From Chloroflexota bacterium (lineage in GTDB: Bacteria > Chloroflexota > Limnocylindria > Limnocylindrales > CSP1-4): DNA of 64,000 nucleotides. Below are positions 38,199 to 48,021 of this stretch, one piece after another. The DNA is taken from positions 15,089-79,088 of the forward strand of contig DAHXON010000004.1 of assembly GCA_027364875.1 (NCBI GenBank). The letters are read 5' to 3'. The position numbers and the translations under genes were made by a program. Each line of letters starts with the position of its first letter. Position 1 is the stretch's first letter. Below the pieces are notes generated by a model. It had not been told where the DNA came from. It worked only from the letters and a program-made list of their open reading frames with translations, and ran no database searches.

Positions 38199-39833
38199 TC
38201 AGGAACAGAGAGCCCCCAACCGCTCGTCTCGGGGGAACGCCTTGCTTGCCATCGTGCAGACCCGCTTGCGCGTGTCCTCGTCGCCGCTGAGGACGGCGAG
38301 GCGTTCGAGCAGGGCGAGCTTTTCGGCAGCGAGGGCGTTCCAATCGCGAGCCATGTACAGCTCCACGAGGACCAGATGGGTGTCCACGTCGCTCGGGGCA
38401 GCGCGCAGGAGGCGGTGGGCGGCGTCGAGAGCCACTTCGAAGCGGCCCTCACGTGCGTAGGCGCGAGCGGCCCACAGCAGGAGCGATCGAAGGGTCGTGG
38501 CGTCGCCGGACAGGTCTGCCGCCTCGGCGGCGGCGAGCAGCTCATCTCCTGACGGATGGCCCTGGCCGTTGCCCGAGCCGGCGTCCGCGAGGGTCTCCAT
38601 CACGCCCACGACCGGAGCTTCGGGTGACGCTTTCGCGGCGGCGAGCACCGCGAGCTCGATCTCAGCCGGCAGGGCTTCGACGCTGGGGGGCGGCGCGGCG
38701 GCGGCGATCTCCACGACGGACGGCTGCTCGTCGCTGACGGTCGCGGCCGCGACCTCGACACCTTCCTCGGAACCAGCCTCCTCGAGCGAGGCGGCGACCG
38801 GCTCCTCGGCGGGCGTCTCGATGGCTTCCTCGGACTCGGCGACCGGCTCCTCGGCGGGCTGCCGATCATTCGACGGCTGCGCGCTCGCCTCCTCGCGCCA
38901 CCAGCCGCTCCAGGCCGGCGACGTCTCCCGCTCGCCGGAAGCCGCCGCGGGCTCGACGGGTTCCACGGTCTCGACTTCCACCGCTTCGACGGCCTCGTCG
39001 GACGCTTCGACGGCGTAGGCACCTGCGGCGGCTTCGCCGGTCACGGCCTCGACGGACTCGGCTACCTCGGCGGGCTCGATTGCCCCGACCGCCGGGCCGG
39101 CTTCGGCAGGCTCGACACCGACGGCTTCCCCGGCCTCGACGGCCTCGACCGGAACCTCATCCGCGCGGACGTCCTCGACCTCGGGCTGCCGGGCCACGTA
39201 CACGGGCTCCAGGGGTTCGACAACGGATGCCTGTGGCGAGACGGCGAGCAGAACGGGCGGGACCGCGGCGGCCGGCTCGTCTCTCAGGCGCAGGGCTCGG
39301 GCGAGGAGCTGCTCGGCGGCGTGGTCGCCGGCCGACAGACGGATCTGCCGCAGGAGCTCGCGCTGGCGGCGCGACCGCTCCTCGGTCTCGTGGAACTCGA
39401 TCGCCCGGCGCAGCGTGTCCGCGGCCTCGGGGAGCCGGCCGGATCCAACCTGGATCTCGGCGACCTGGTCGAGCGCCGAGGCCGCATCCACCCGCTGGCC
39501 GGCGGTGCTCAGCGCTTCGGCCTGGCCCAGGAGCGCGCCCTCGTCGTGCGGCGCCCGGGCAACGGCCGCGGCGTACTCCACGAGAGCTTCGCTCAAACGA
39601 CCCAATCGCAGCAGCACGCCACCCAGGCTGGTATGGGGCAGGGCCCGGGATGGAGCTATCTCAGCCGCGTTTCGGTACGCGTCCACGGCCGCATTGAGCG
39701 AGCCACGCAGCACCGCGACATGGCCGACCCGCAGCGCTTCCTTGTACCGCTCGTATAGGTCGTCCGTCATAGGTACATCATGAACTTTGCCCTCGGCGGC
39801 GTCGCGGGTACCTGCGTTGGCGGTCCAGCGCAC
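38199..39833 (-). CDS. TPR-repeat protein with a central ~200-aa acidic Glu/Ala/Val/Pro repeat linker
   Basis: TPR-like helices at both ends. The centre holds repeats such as EAVEAVEVETVEPVEP and EEPVAESEEAIETPAEEPVAAS. A likely alternative start is ATG 39770 (MTDDLYERY). Confidence 0.55.
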   Translation of the reverse strand: MRWTANAGTRDAAEGKVHDVPMTDDLYERYKEALRVGHVAVLRGSLNAAVDAYRNAAEIAPSRALPHTSLGGVLLRLGRLSEALVEYAAAVARAPHDEGALLGQAEALSTAGQRVDAASALDQVAEIQVGSGRLPEAADTLRRAIEFHETEERSRRQRELLRQIRLSAGDHAAEQLLARALRLRDEPAAAVPPVLLAVSPQASVVEPLEPVYVARQPEVEDVRADEVPVEAVEAGEAVGVEPAEAGPAVGAIEPAEVAESVEAVTGEAAAGAYAVEASDEAVEAVEVETVEPVEPAAASGERETSPAWSGWWREEASAQPSNDRQPAEEPVAESEEAIETPAEEPVAASLEEAGSEEGVEVAAATVSDEQPSVVEIAAAAPPPSVEALPAEIELAVLAAAKASPEAPVVGVMETLADAGSGNGQGHPSGDELLAAAEAADLSGDATTLRSLLLWAARAYAREGRFEVALDAAHRLLRAAPSDVDTHLVLVELYMARDWNALAAEKLALLERLAVLSGDEDTRKRVCTMASKAFPRDERLGALCS

Positions 39834-39982
39834 TAGGGTCCTAGGCCAGGTTACTCATCGCCGCGTTCCGCCGGGAATCCGGCCGAATACGGGCTCCCCA
39901 GATGCCTTGCCCACGGGCCGGATCCTACGGCTGGATTCTCCGGCGGCTATCCTCCGGCCGGCCATCGGGCCGGTCGACGGAG

Positions 39983-40939
39983 CTAGACCCCGATCGACTC
40001 CACGATGAAGGCCTTCTGTACGTGCAGGCGGTTCTCGGCCTGTTCGAGAGCGAGGCTCCGCGGACCGTCGAGCGCCGCGGCGGTGATCTCCTGGCCGCGA
40101 TGGGCGGGCAGGCAGTGCATGGCCATGGCCCGCGGCCCGGCCAGATCCAGGAGCTCGTCGTCGACGGTGTAGCCGGAGAAGGCCGCGGATCGAGCGTGAG
40201 CTTGCTCTTCCTGGCCCATCGAGACCCAAACGTCCGTGTAGAGAGCGTCCGAGCCGGGCACCAGCTTGCGCGGATCAGATCCCAGGACGATTCGACCCTG
40301 GTTCTGCTCGGCCAGCTCCCGCGCCCGGGCGACGATCGCCGGTTTCGGCCCATAGCCGTCCGGGTGGGCCAGCCGAACTTCCATCCCGAGCATCGCGCCG
40401 GCGAGGGCCAGCGAGGCGAAGACGTTGTTGCCGTCGCCGATGAAGGTCAGGACGAGACCGCGCAGGGAGCCGAAGTGCTCGCGAAGGGTCAGCAGATCGG
40501 CAAGCGCCTGGAAGGGGTGCTCGTCGTCCGTCAGGGCGTTGAAGACCGGGATGCCCGCCTCGCCCGCCAGCTCCGTCACGACCGAATGGTCGAACGTCCT
40601 GATGACGATGCCGTCGACCCAGCGATCCAGGTTGTGCGCAATGTCGGAAACGCTCTCGCGGACCCCAAACCCGATCCCCTCCCCCAGATGCAGGGCGTGG
40701 CCGCCGAGCTGGTTGAGGCCCGCCTCGAAGGTGACCCTGGTCCGCAGACTCTGCTTCTCGAAGATCAGCGCGACGTGGCGGCCCGCAAGCGGCGCCGCTT
40801 CGTGGCGGCGAGTGGCCCGGAACTCGCGCTTGAGTTCGGCGGCCGTGTCAAAAACCTGCTCGTACTCCTCTCGGGTCAGATCGGCCGAACTGAGCAGGTC
40901 CCGTCCCTGAAGCGTCCCCACGTCGTCCTCCCGCGGCAT
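39983..40939 (-). CDS. argF: Ornithine carbamoyltransferase
   Basis: SLRTR carbamoyl-phosphate motif, HPFQALAD, DVWVSMGQE and HCLPAHRGQE ornithine-specific motifs. Confidence 0.85.
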   Translation of the reverse strand: MPREDDVGTLQGRDLLSSADLTREEYEQVFDTAAELKREFRATRRHEAAPLAGRHVALIFEKQSLRTRVTFEAGLNQLGGHALHLGEGIGFGVRESVSDIAHNLDRWVDGIVIRTFDHSVVTELAGEAGIPVFNALTDDEHPFQALADLLTLREHFGSLRGLVLTFIGDGNNVFASLALAGAMLGMEVRLAHPDGYGPKPAIVARARELAEQNQGRIVLGSDPRKLVPGSDALYTDVWVSMGQEEQAHARSAAFSGYTVDDELLDLAGPRAMAMHCLPAHRGQEITAAALDGPRSLALEQAENRLHVQKAFIVESIGV

Positions 40940-41288
40940 CGAGCCGCCTCGCCGCCCCGCCTCTCATGAACGGGCTGTCGCGACGAAGCGGCAATGGTAG
41001 CGAAAGCAAGCAGCGCCGTCGGATCCAGCGCACGGCAAGAGAGCCGGCGGATTGCTCCACCGGCTCTCGAGAGTTCAAATGTCGACGATCGGATCGCCCA
41101 AATCGAACGCGGCCAACGCATCAGGCGGCTGCGCCGCAGCCAACGACGCGCTGGACGGCCCGCCCATCCCACAGGCGCCGAGCCGACGGCCCAGGCCTAG
41201 GCGGGCGCGAGTACCGGAGCGAGCGGGCTCGAATGCCCGTGAGCGAGGAACGCAGCGCCCAACGACGGCATGGGCCGTCCGCGAGGTG

Positions 41289-41687
41289 TCAGCGCTTGGT
41301 GTACTGAGGGGCCTTGCGGGCTCGCTTCAACCCGTACTTCTTGCGCTCCTTCATCCGCGGGTCGCGGGAGAGGAGGCCGGCCTGGCGAAGCGGCAGTCGG
41401 TTGCCTTCCGGGTCCATCTGCAGCAGCGCCCGGGCGATGCCGTGGCGAATGGCCCCGGCCTGGCCCGTGACTCCGCCGCCCTCGACCTTGATCTGGGCGT
41501 TATAGGAGCCCTCCGTGCCGGTGACCCGGAACGGCAGTCGGACGTCGGACTCGTCGATGGCGTTGCCGAAGTGGGCTTCGAGGGTTCGATCGTTGACGAC
41601 GATCTCACCCGAGCCCGGGATGAGCCGGACGCGCGCCACCGCGGTCTTGCGGCGGCCCGTTCCGTAGTAGAACGCAGGCGTAGTCAT
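41289..41687 (-). CDS. rpsI: 30S ribosomal protein S9
   Basis: [14 protein letters not shown] ... C-terminal KAPQYTKR. Confidence 0.9.
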   Translation of the reverse strand: MTTPAFYYGTGRRKTAVARVRLIPGSGEIVVNDRTLEAHFGNAIDESDVRLPFRVTGTEGSYNAQIKVEGGGVTGQAGAIRHGIARALLQMDPEGNRLPLRQAGLLSRDPRMKERKKYGLKRARKAPQYTKR

Positions 41688-41698
41688 GGCGCTCCTCG

Positions 41699-42130
41699 TC
41701 AGGCGAGCGGCTCAGGCCGCTGGGCCTGATGCGGATGCTCCGGTCCGGCGTAGACCTTGAGCTTGGTGAGTTGCTGGGCTCCCAGGCGGTTGCGCGGGAG
41801 CATGCCCTTCACTGCCCGTCGGATCACTTCCTCGGGCCGGCGTTCGAGCAGGTGCCCCAGGGTCTCGCTCTTGAGACCGTGCGGGTAGCCGCTGTGGCGC
41901 ATGTAGAGCTTGGTTTCTTTCTTGTCCGAGGTAACGGCGATCTTGCCCGCGTTGACCACGACGACATGATCGCCGGAGTCCAGCGTGGGGCTGTACGTGG
42001 GCTTGTTCTTTCCTTCGAGCACTCGAGCGATGCGCGACGCCAGACGGCCGAGCGTCTCGTCCGTCGCGTCCACGACGTACCAGCGTCGCTCGATCTCGCT
42101 CTCACGGACCGTATATGTCTTCGCGGTCAT
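41699..42130 (-). CDS. rplM: 50S ribosomal protein L13
   Basis: [26 protein letters not shown] signature. Confidence 0.9.
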   Translation of the reverse strand: MTAKTYTVRESEIERRWYVVDATDETLGRLASRIARVLEGKNKPTYSPTLDSGDHVVVVNAGKIAVTSDKKETKLYMRHSGYPHGLKSETLGHLLERRPEEVIRRAVKGMLPRNRLGAQQLTKLKVYAGPEHPHQAQRPEPLA

Positions 42131-42935
42131 CGTTCTCCGTTCGATCTGGCTGTCGTTCGCCGCCCTGGCGGCGCCTTGCCTCCGCCGGCTTGGGCCTCAT
42201 CGGCCCCATGGCCACGCGCCGCAGGCAGAGTCCCTTCGCAGGGGCCGTGGCCCCGTTGAACGCCGGTCGCTTCGACTCGAGAGCCTCCGCGACGGCCTCT
42301 TCCGTTGTCTTTCCGCGACCGACCTCGATGAGAGCGGCCACGATCCTTCGCACCATCTGGCGGAGGAAGGCGTCGGCCGCGACGTCGATCGTCACGAGCG
42401 AACCTTCCCGCCGAACCCGGACCGAGCGAACGGTCCGAACCGGCTGCCGGTGCGCTGCCCCGAAGGCGCTGAAGTCGTGGCGGCCCACCAGGACCGACCC
42501 GGCCCGCTCCATCGCGGCGGTATCCAGCGGGTCCCGCAACCCGAGCGCATCGCGCTCGCGAAGCGGGCTTCGCGGCCCATTCCAGATGGTGTAGCGGTAT
42601 TCCCGGTACCGCGCCGCATAGCGTGGGTTGAACCCGGCCGGCACGTGGCGCACGTTTCGGATTGCCACGTCCGCCGGCAGGAGCGCGTCGAGCGCCCTTG
42701 TCAGCTCCTCGGCCGATCTGCCCCGCGGATCCGTGAATGCGATCACCTGATCCGTGGCATGCACACCGGCGTCGGTTCGACCCGCCGCAACGACCCTGAC
42801 CCGGCTTTCGCCGGATATCCGAGCCAGCGCGGCTTCGAGTTCTCCCTGGACCGTCCGAGCGCCCGGCTGAACCTGGAACCCGGCAAAGTCCGTGCCGTCA
42901 TATTCGACCCGCGCCATGTATCGCACGGGCGGCAT
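42102..42935 (-). CDS. truA: tRNA pseudouridine(38-40) synthase
   Basis: [12 protein letters not shown] and catalytic RTDAGVHA. A possible shorter start is ATG 42917. Confidence 0.85.
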   Translation of the reverse strand: MPPVRYMARVEYDGTDFAGFQVQPGARTVQGELEAALARISGESRVRVVAAGRTDAGVHATDQVIAFTDPRGRSAEELTRALDALLPADVAIRNVRHVPAGFNPRYAARYREYRYTIWNGPRSPLRERDALGLRDPLDTAAMERAGSVLVGRHDFSAFGAAHRQPVRTVRSVRVRREGSLVTIDVAADAFLRQMVRRIVAALIEVGRGKTTEEAVAEALESKRPAFNGATAPAKGLCLRRVAMGPMRPKPAEARRRQGGERQPDRTENDDREDIYGP

Positions 42936-43090
42936 CCTCTCGAATGCCTGCGGTTACTTGATGTCCGCTCCGCCGTGTTCAGGGCTAGGCGCCACCGAGC
43001 AGCCGAGCGAGCGCGCGCCAAGCGAGCTTGGCGTGTGCGTGAGCGAGGCCGCGCAGGTGGTAACAACGCCCTGGACCGGCTGAGGGGACA

Positions 43091-43444
43091 TCAGACGAGC
43101 TCGATCTGAACGATTGGCGCTGCGTCACCGTAGCGCTGGCCGAGGTGGACGATCCGGGTGAAACCGGAGTTCCGGTCGGCGTATTTCGGTGCGATCTCAT
43201 CGAACAGCTTGGTCACGACGAGCGGCTCGTTCGGTAGCGCCGCGACGACCATTCGCCGGGCCGCGAGATCGCCCCGCTTGGCCAGAGTGATCATGTGCTC
43301 GACGCGGCCCTTGATCTCCTTGGCCTTGGCCTCGGTGGTCTGGACGCGCTCGTAGCGCAGGACCGACACGGTCAGGTTCTTGTAGAGGGCAAGGCGAGGG
43401 CCCTGCTTGCGGCTGAGCTTTCGGCCGCCGATTCGATGGGCCAT
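43091..43444 (-). CDS. rplQ: 50S ribosomal protein L17
   Basis: MAHRIGGRKLSRKQGPRLALYKNL. Confidence 0.9.
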   Translation of the reverse strand: MAHRIGGRKLSRKQGPRLALYKNLTVSVLRYERVQTTEAKAKEIKGRVEHMITLAKRGDLAARRMVVAALPNEPLVVTKLFDEIAPKYADRNSGFTRIVHLGQRYGDAAPIVQIELV

Positions 43445-43447
43445 TGC

Positions 43448-44458
43448 TCAGGCCTCCTCCGGGGGCAGGTCTTCGAACTGCTCCTCCTCTTCGACGTCCT
43501 CGAGGTCGTCGCCCAGGCCGGCGTCGTCGCTGTCGGGGACGATGAAGCCGCGCATTCGCAGGCGCTCTTTCATCTCGTCGAGCGACTTCTTGCCGAAGTT
43601 GCGCATCCTCAGAAGGTCGTCGTCGGAGAGCTGGAGCAGCTGGCCGACCTTGACGATGTTGTTCCGCTTGAGCGAGTTGTAGGCCCGCATCGGCAGGTCC
43701 AGCTCTTCGATCGGCATGTCGAGCATGTTCGGCGGGAGCTGGGGGACGTTGGTGGCGGTGCGATCCGGACCCGCGGCGACGAGGCCGATGTTGGCGAACA
43801 GCGAGAACTGACGGACGAGGATGTCCGCAGCTCGGCCGAGGGCCTCTTCGGGTGAGATGGTCCCGTCCGTCTCGAGCTCGATGGTGAGCTTGTCGTAGTT
43901 GGTCATCTGCCCGACGCGAGTGTTCTCGATCGAGTAGTTGACCTTCTTGACGGGCGTGAAGATGGCGTCGACCGGGATCACGCCGATCGGGTTCGACTCG
44001 GCGCGCTCGGCGGCCAGGTAGCCGACACCCTTCTCGACCGTGAGGTCGATCTCGATCGTGACGTCGTCCGAATCCAGCGTCATCAGGACGAGGTCCGGAT
44101 TGATGACCTCGACATCAGCCGATTCGGAGATGTCGGCGGCCGTGACGGTGCCGGCGCCGCTCTTGATGAGCTTGAGCTGGACCGGGTGCGTCGCGAAGCT
44201 CTTGAGGCGGAGCTTCTTGATGTTGAGGACGATCTGGGTGACGTCCTCCTTGACTCCCGGAATGCTCGTGAATTCGTGGTAGACGTCGCGGATCTGGATA
44301 GCCGTGACGGCCGCGCCCTCCAGGGAGGACAGCATGACGCGTCGAAGGGCATTGCCCAGAGTGACGCCGTAGCCAGCAGGAAGCGGGCTGGCCTCGTACT
44401 TGGCATACGCGCCGAGCTCCTCGACCGGCGCGATCTGTGGACTCTCGAGTTCGATCAT
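43448..44458 (-). CDS. rpoA: DNA-directed RNA polymerase subunit alpha
   Basis: N-terminal assembly domain LGNALRRVMLSS and C-terminal CTD MPIEELDLPMRAYNSLKR. Confidence 0.9.
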   Translation of the reverse strand: MIELESPQIAPVEELGAYAKYEASPLPAGYGVTLGNALRRVMLSSLEGAAVTAIQIRDVYHEFTSIPGVKEDVTQIVLNIKKLRLKSFATHPVQLKLIKSGAGTVTAADISESADVEVINPDLVLMTLDSDDVTIEIDLTVEKGVGYLAAERAESNPIGVIPVDAIFTPVKKVNYSIENTRVGQMTNYDKLTIELETDGTISPEEALGRAADILVRQFSLFANIGLVAAGPDRTATNVPQLPPNMLDMPIEELDLPMRAYNSLKRNNIVKVGQLLQLSDDDLLRMRNFGKKSLDEMKERLRMRGFIVPDSDDAGLGDDLEDVEEEEQFEDLPPEEA

Positions 44459-44467
44459 CGGGCGGCG

Positions 44468-45094
44468 TTACCTCGAGTAGTACTCGACGACCAGCTGCTC
44501 GTTGAGATCGAGCGGCATCTGGTCGCGGCGAGGTGCAGTTAGGACCGACCCGGCAAGCTTGGCCGCGTCCACGCTGAGCCATTCCGGGATCTGCCGCGAC
44601 TTGATGAGGTCGGGAGCTTCCTTGAAGGGCTCCCGGGTGCGATGGGTATCGCGAACCTCGACCTTGTCGCCAGGCTTGACCTGGAGTGACGGGACGGTGA
44701 CAACCCGACCGTTCACGGAGAAATGGGCGTGTCCGACCATCTGGCGCGCTTCCGCGCGGGAGGCCGCGAAGCCCATGCGGTAGACGACGTTGTCCAGCCG
44801 CAGCTCGAGCATGCGCAGGAGGTTCTCGCCCGTCACGCCGGGCGTGGAGCTGGCCTGCTCGAAGTAGCCCTGGAACTGGCGCTCCAGGACGCTGTAGATG
44901 CGGCGGATCTTCTGCTTCTCACGGAGCTGCATGCCGTACTCGCCAACCTTGCGGCGGCGAACACCGTGCTGTCCGGGAGGCGCCGGTCGGCGCTCGAACG
45001 AGCACTTCTTGGAGTAGCAGCGAGTCCCCTTGAGGAAGAGCTTCGCGCCCTCTCGCCGGCAGATCCGGCAGACTGGATCGGTATAGCGGGCCAC
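44468..45094 (-). CDS. rpsD: 30S ribosomal protein S4 (zinc-ribbon form)
   Basis: MARYTDPVCRICRREG...CYSKKC N-terminal Cys4 plus the S4 domain. Confidence 0.9.
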   Translation of the reverse strand: MARYTDPVCRICRREGAKLFLKGTRCYSKKCSFERRPAPPGQHGVRRRKVGEYGMQLREKQKIRRIYSVLERQFQGYFEQASSTPGVTGENLLRMLELRLDNVVYRMGFAASRAEARQMVGHAHFSVNGRVVTVPSLQVKPGDKVEVRDTHRTREPFKEAPDLIKSRQIPEWLSVDAAKLAGSVLTAPRRDQMPLDLNEQLVVEYYSR

Positions 45095-45105
45095 TTGTCG
45101 TCCTC

Positions 45106-45501
45106 CTAGACGCGTCGCCGCTTAGGCGGGCGGCAGCCGTTGTGGGGGACAGGGGTCACGTCGGTGATGGCGCTCACTTCGAGGCCGGCGGCCTGGAGCG
45201 ACCGGATGGCCTGCTCCCGCCCCGCGCCGGGACCCTTGACGTAGACCTCGACCTGGCGCATGCCGTGTTCCATGGCCTTCTTGGCGGCCTGGTCGGCAGA
45301 TAGCGCCGCGGCATAAGGCGTGCTCTTGCGGGAGCCCTTGAAGCCGGCCACGCCGGCAGAACCCCAGCTGATCACGTTGCCGTTAGGGTCGGTGATGGTG
45401 ATGATCGTGTTATTGAAGCTCGCCTGGATGTGAGCGTGCCCCTGGGGCACGTTCTTTCGCTCCCGGCGGCGCTGCTTTGTAGCCCGCTTCCGTTCCGCCA
45501 T
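45106..45501 (-). CDS. rpsK: 30S ribosomal protein S11
   Basis: [23 protein letters not shown]. Confidence 0.9.
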   Translation of the reverse strand: MAERKRATKQRRRERKNVPQGHAHIQASFNNTIITITDPNGNVISWGSAGVAGFKGSRKSTPYAAALSADQAAKKAMEHGMRQVEVYVKGPGAGREQAIRSLQAAGLEVSAITDVTPVPHNGCRPPKRRRV

Positions 45502-45520
45502 TAGTGCGTCCGGCTCCTCT

Positions 45521-45898
45521 TTACTTCGTAGCCTTGCGCCGGACGCCGACCGTCTTCTTCGGTCCTCGGCGCTGCCGTGCGTTGGTCTTCGTTCGCTGGC
45601 CCCGAACCGGCAGGTTGCGGCGATGCCGCGAGCCCCGGTATGAGCCGATCTCGATAAGCCGCTTGATGTTTAGCGCAACCTCGCGGCGAAGGTCGCCCTC
45701 CACCTTGTGACGCCGATCGATGATCTCGCGCAGCCGGTTGACCTGCTCCTCGGTGAGGTCGCGGACACGAGTGTCCGGGTTGACGTTCGCCGAGACGAGG
45801 ATCTTCTGCGCAGTCGGAAGACCGATGCCGTAGATATAGGTGATCGCGACCTCAACGCGCTTCTCGCGCGGGATGTCGATGCCTGCTATACGTGCCAT
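45521..45898 (-). CDS. rpsM: 30S ribosomal protein S13
   Basis: [26 protein letters not shown]. Confidence 0.9.
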   Translation of the reverse strand: MARIAGIDIPREKRVEVAITYIYGIGLPTAQKILVSANVNPDTRVRDLTEEQVNRLREIIDRRHKVEGDLRREVALNIKRLIEIGSYRGSRHRRNLPVRGQRTKTNARQRRGPKKTVGVRRKATK

Positions 45899-45901
45899 GC
45901 C

Positions 45902-46015
45902 CTAACCCTGCCGCTGCTTGTGCTTGGGATTCGCGCAGATGACCATCACGGTCCCATGGCGGCGGATCACTTTGCAGTTGTCGCAGCGGGCCTTGACGGA
46001 AGCTCTGACTTTCAA
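45902..46015 (-). CDS. rpmJ: 50S ribosomal protein L36 (zinc form); not in the supplied ORF track
   Basis: Reverse-strand translation from a TTG start gives [37 protein letters not shown]. It sits between infA and rpsM. Confidence 0.8.
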   Translation of the reverse strand: MKVRASVKARCDNCKVIRRHGTVMVICANPKHKQRQG

Positions 46016-46049
46016 GGGATCCTCGACGATTTCGACGCTTTGGGCGGAG

Positions 46050-46268
46050 CTACTTGAGCCGATAGGTGATTCGACCGCGTGTCAGGTCGTAGGGCGAGAG
46101 CTCTACTCTGACTCGATCGCCCGGCAGGATCCGGATGAAGTTCATCCGCAGCTTGCCGGAGATATGGGCCAGGACACGGTGGCCGTTTTCGAGCTCGACG
46201 GCGAACATCGTGTTGGGCAATGGCTCCAACACAGTACCTTCGACCTCGATCGCGTCCTTCTTTGCCAC
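46050..46268 (-). CDS. infA: Translation initiation factor IF-1
   Basis: [43 protein letters not shown] start at 46268. Confidence 0.9.
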   Translation of the reverse strand: MAKKDAIEVEGTVLEPLPNTMFAVELENGHRVLAHISGKLRMNFIRILPGDRVRVELSPYDLTRGRITYRLK

Positions 46269-46436
46269 GTCCTGCTTATCGTCCCTTTCTCGCACGAATG
46301 CCGGCCGACGGCGGCCGACACACGAACGAACAGGTTATCAAAGAACCGGCAGGCCAGCAACCCACCGTCCGCATTGCCTGCACCAGAGACTCGTCCGGGC
46401 GGACTCGAGAGTCCACCAGGGCCTCAGCGGTGCCTT

Positions 46437-47192
46437 TCATGCGGTAGTCAAGATGACGGGCCCATTCTCGGTCACGGCTATCGTGTGCTCGAAATGGGCC
46501 GCCAGAGAACCGTCGGAGGTGACGACGGTCCAGCCATCGTCCAGCGTCTCGACGTCGGCGCTGCCGAGGGCAAGCATCGGCTCGATCGCCATGCACAGCC
46601 CGGGAACGAGCTCGATGCCCCGTGGACCCGTCCGATAGTTGGGAACCTGAAGGTCCTCGTGCATCCTGGTGCCGATGCCGTGGCCCACGTAGGGCCGGAC
46701 GATGTCGCACCGGCCCTCGATCGCCACGTCTTCGACGGCGCCCGAGACCTCTTCAAGGTCGACACCCGGAACCGCCGCGGCTATCCCGGCCATCAACGCC
46801 AGACGAGTGGTGTCGATGAGGCGGGCCACGTCTGCAGGCGGCTTGCCGACGTAGAACGTCCGCGCCGCGTCGCCGTGGTAGCCCTGCCAGATAGCACCGG
46901 CATCGATCGAAACCACCTGACCCTCTTCGATCACGCGCTTGCCCGGAATGCCGTGCACGACCTCGCGATCGATGGAGACGCAGATGCTCCCCGGAAAGCC
47001 CCTGTAGCCCTTGAAGGACGGCTTGGCGCCGGCCTTGCGGATGTAGTCCTCCGCGAGAGCGTCGAGATGGGCCGTGGTGACGCCGGGCCGCAGCTCATCC
47101 TCCACGAGGGCGAGCACGTCCGCCACCACGCGACCGGCGCGGCGCATCAGCTCGATCTCCTGGTGACTCCTGCGAGGGATCGTCACGGCCAC
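46437..47192 (-). CDS. map: Methionine aminopeptidase type I
   Basis: Pita-bread fold with metal ligands (VHGIP, DAGAIWQGYHGD, GHGIG, E...E). Confidence 0.9.
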   Translation of the reverse strand: MAVTIPRRSHQEIELMRRAGRVVADVLALVEDELRPGVTTAHLDALAEDYIRKAGAKPSFKGYRGFPGSICVSIDREVVHGIPGKRVIEEGQVVSIDAGAIWQGYHGDAARTFYVGKPPADVARLIDTTRLALMAGIAAAVPGVDLEEVSGAVEDVAIEGRCDIVRPYVGHGIGTRMHEDLQVPNYRTGPRGIELVPGLCMAIEPMLALGSADVETLDDGWTVVTSDGSLAAHFEHTIAVTENGPVILTTA

Positions 47193-47209
47193 TCCTCTAC
47201 CCCTCTCGC

Positions 47210-47878
47210 TCAGCGGGCCGACAGAACCGACAGCAGGTCAGAGCTGACCTGGTCGATTCCACGGCTGCCGTCGACGGTCTTGAGGACGCCGGCGTTTCGG
47301 TAGTAGCCGACGACTTGCTCGAGGGCACCGAGCTGCTGGCGCAGTCGGGCCTGAACGGTTGCGGGCTTGTCGTCGTCGCGCTGGTACAGCTCGGAGCCGT
47401 CGATGTCGCAGACGCCCGGCTTGACGGGCGGCTTGGTTACCTCGTGATACGGGTGACCGGCCGCGCGACAGATCCAGCGCCCGCCCAGGCGGGCCACCAG
47501 CTCCGCTTCCGGAACCTCGATATACGGAGCCGCCTCGACGCTGGCGCCTCGATCGGCGAGGGCCATGTCGAGAACCTCGGCCTGGACCGTGTTACGAGGA
47601 AAGCCGTCGAGGAGGATCCCCCCGGCGGCGTCCGGGCTGCCCAGACGCTCGAGGAGCATGTCGATGGTCACCTGGTCGGGGACCAGCTCGCCACGATCCA
47701 TGTACCCCTTGGCGATGACGCCGAGCGGGGTCTTGTCGCGGACGGCCGCCCGGAAGAGATCCCCCGTGGCGACGTGGGCCAGACCCAGCCGTTCGGACAG
47801 GATGGCAGCCTGCGTCCCCTTGCCGGCTCCCGGGGCTCCCAGGAGCACGACGACTCGCCCGATCTTCTGCTCACTCAT
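47210..47878 (-). CDS. adk: Adenylate kinase (zinc-containing lid)
   Basis: GAPGAGKGTQA P-loop and a CxxC...CDxD lid. Confidence 0.9.
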   Translation of the reverse strand: MSEQKIGRVVVLLGAPGAGKGTQAAILSERLGLAHVATGDLFRAAVRDKTPLGVIAKGYMDRGELVPDQVTIDMLLERLGSPDAAGGILLDGFPRNTVQAEVLDMALADRGASVEAAPYIEVPEAELVARLGGRWICRAAGHPYHEVTKPPVKPGVCDIDGSELYQRDDDKPATVQARLRQQLGALEQVVGYYRNAGVLKTVDGSRGIDQVSSDLLSVLSAR

Positions 47879-48021
47879 TCAGATGCCCTCTATTGCATTC
47901 GCGGAGCCGGCAACCGCTGGCGAGGCGGAGGCGAGGAGCGGAGCGAGCAGGCTTGAAGGCCTGTGAGCGAGCACCGCAGGCGACAACGAAGCCCAGCGAC
48001 CGCCCGCGACGCAGCCTCCCG

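Noticed and set aside
41040-41070. 8-bp-stem hairpin (agagccgg...ccggctct) ~220 bp downstream of rpsI as a possible terminator
   Set aside because: No U-tract on either strand and it is far from the stop. Insufficient to call.
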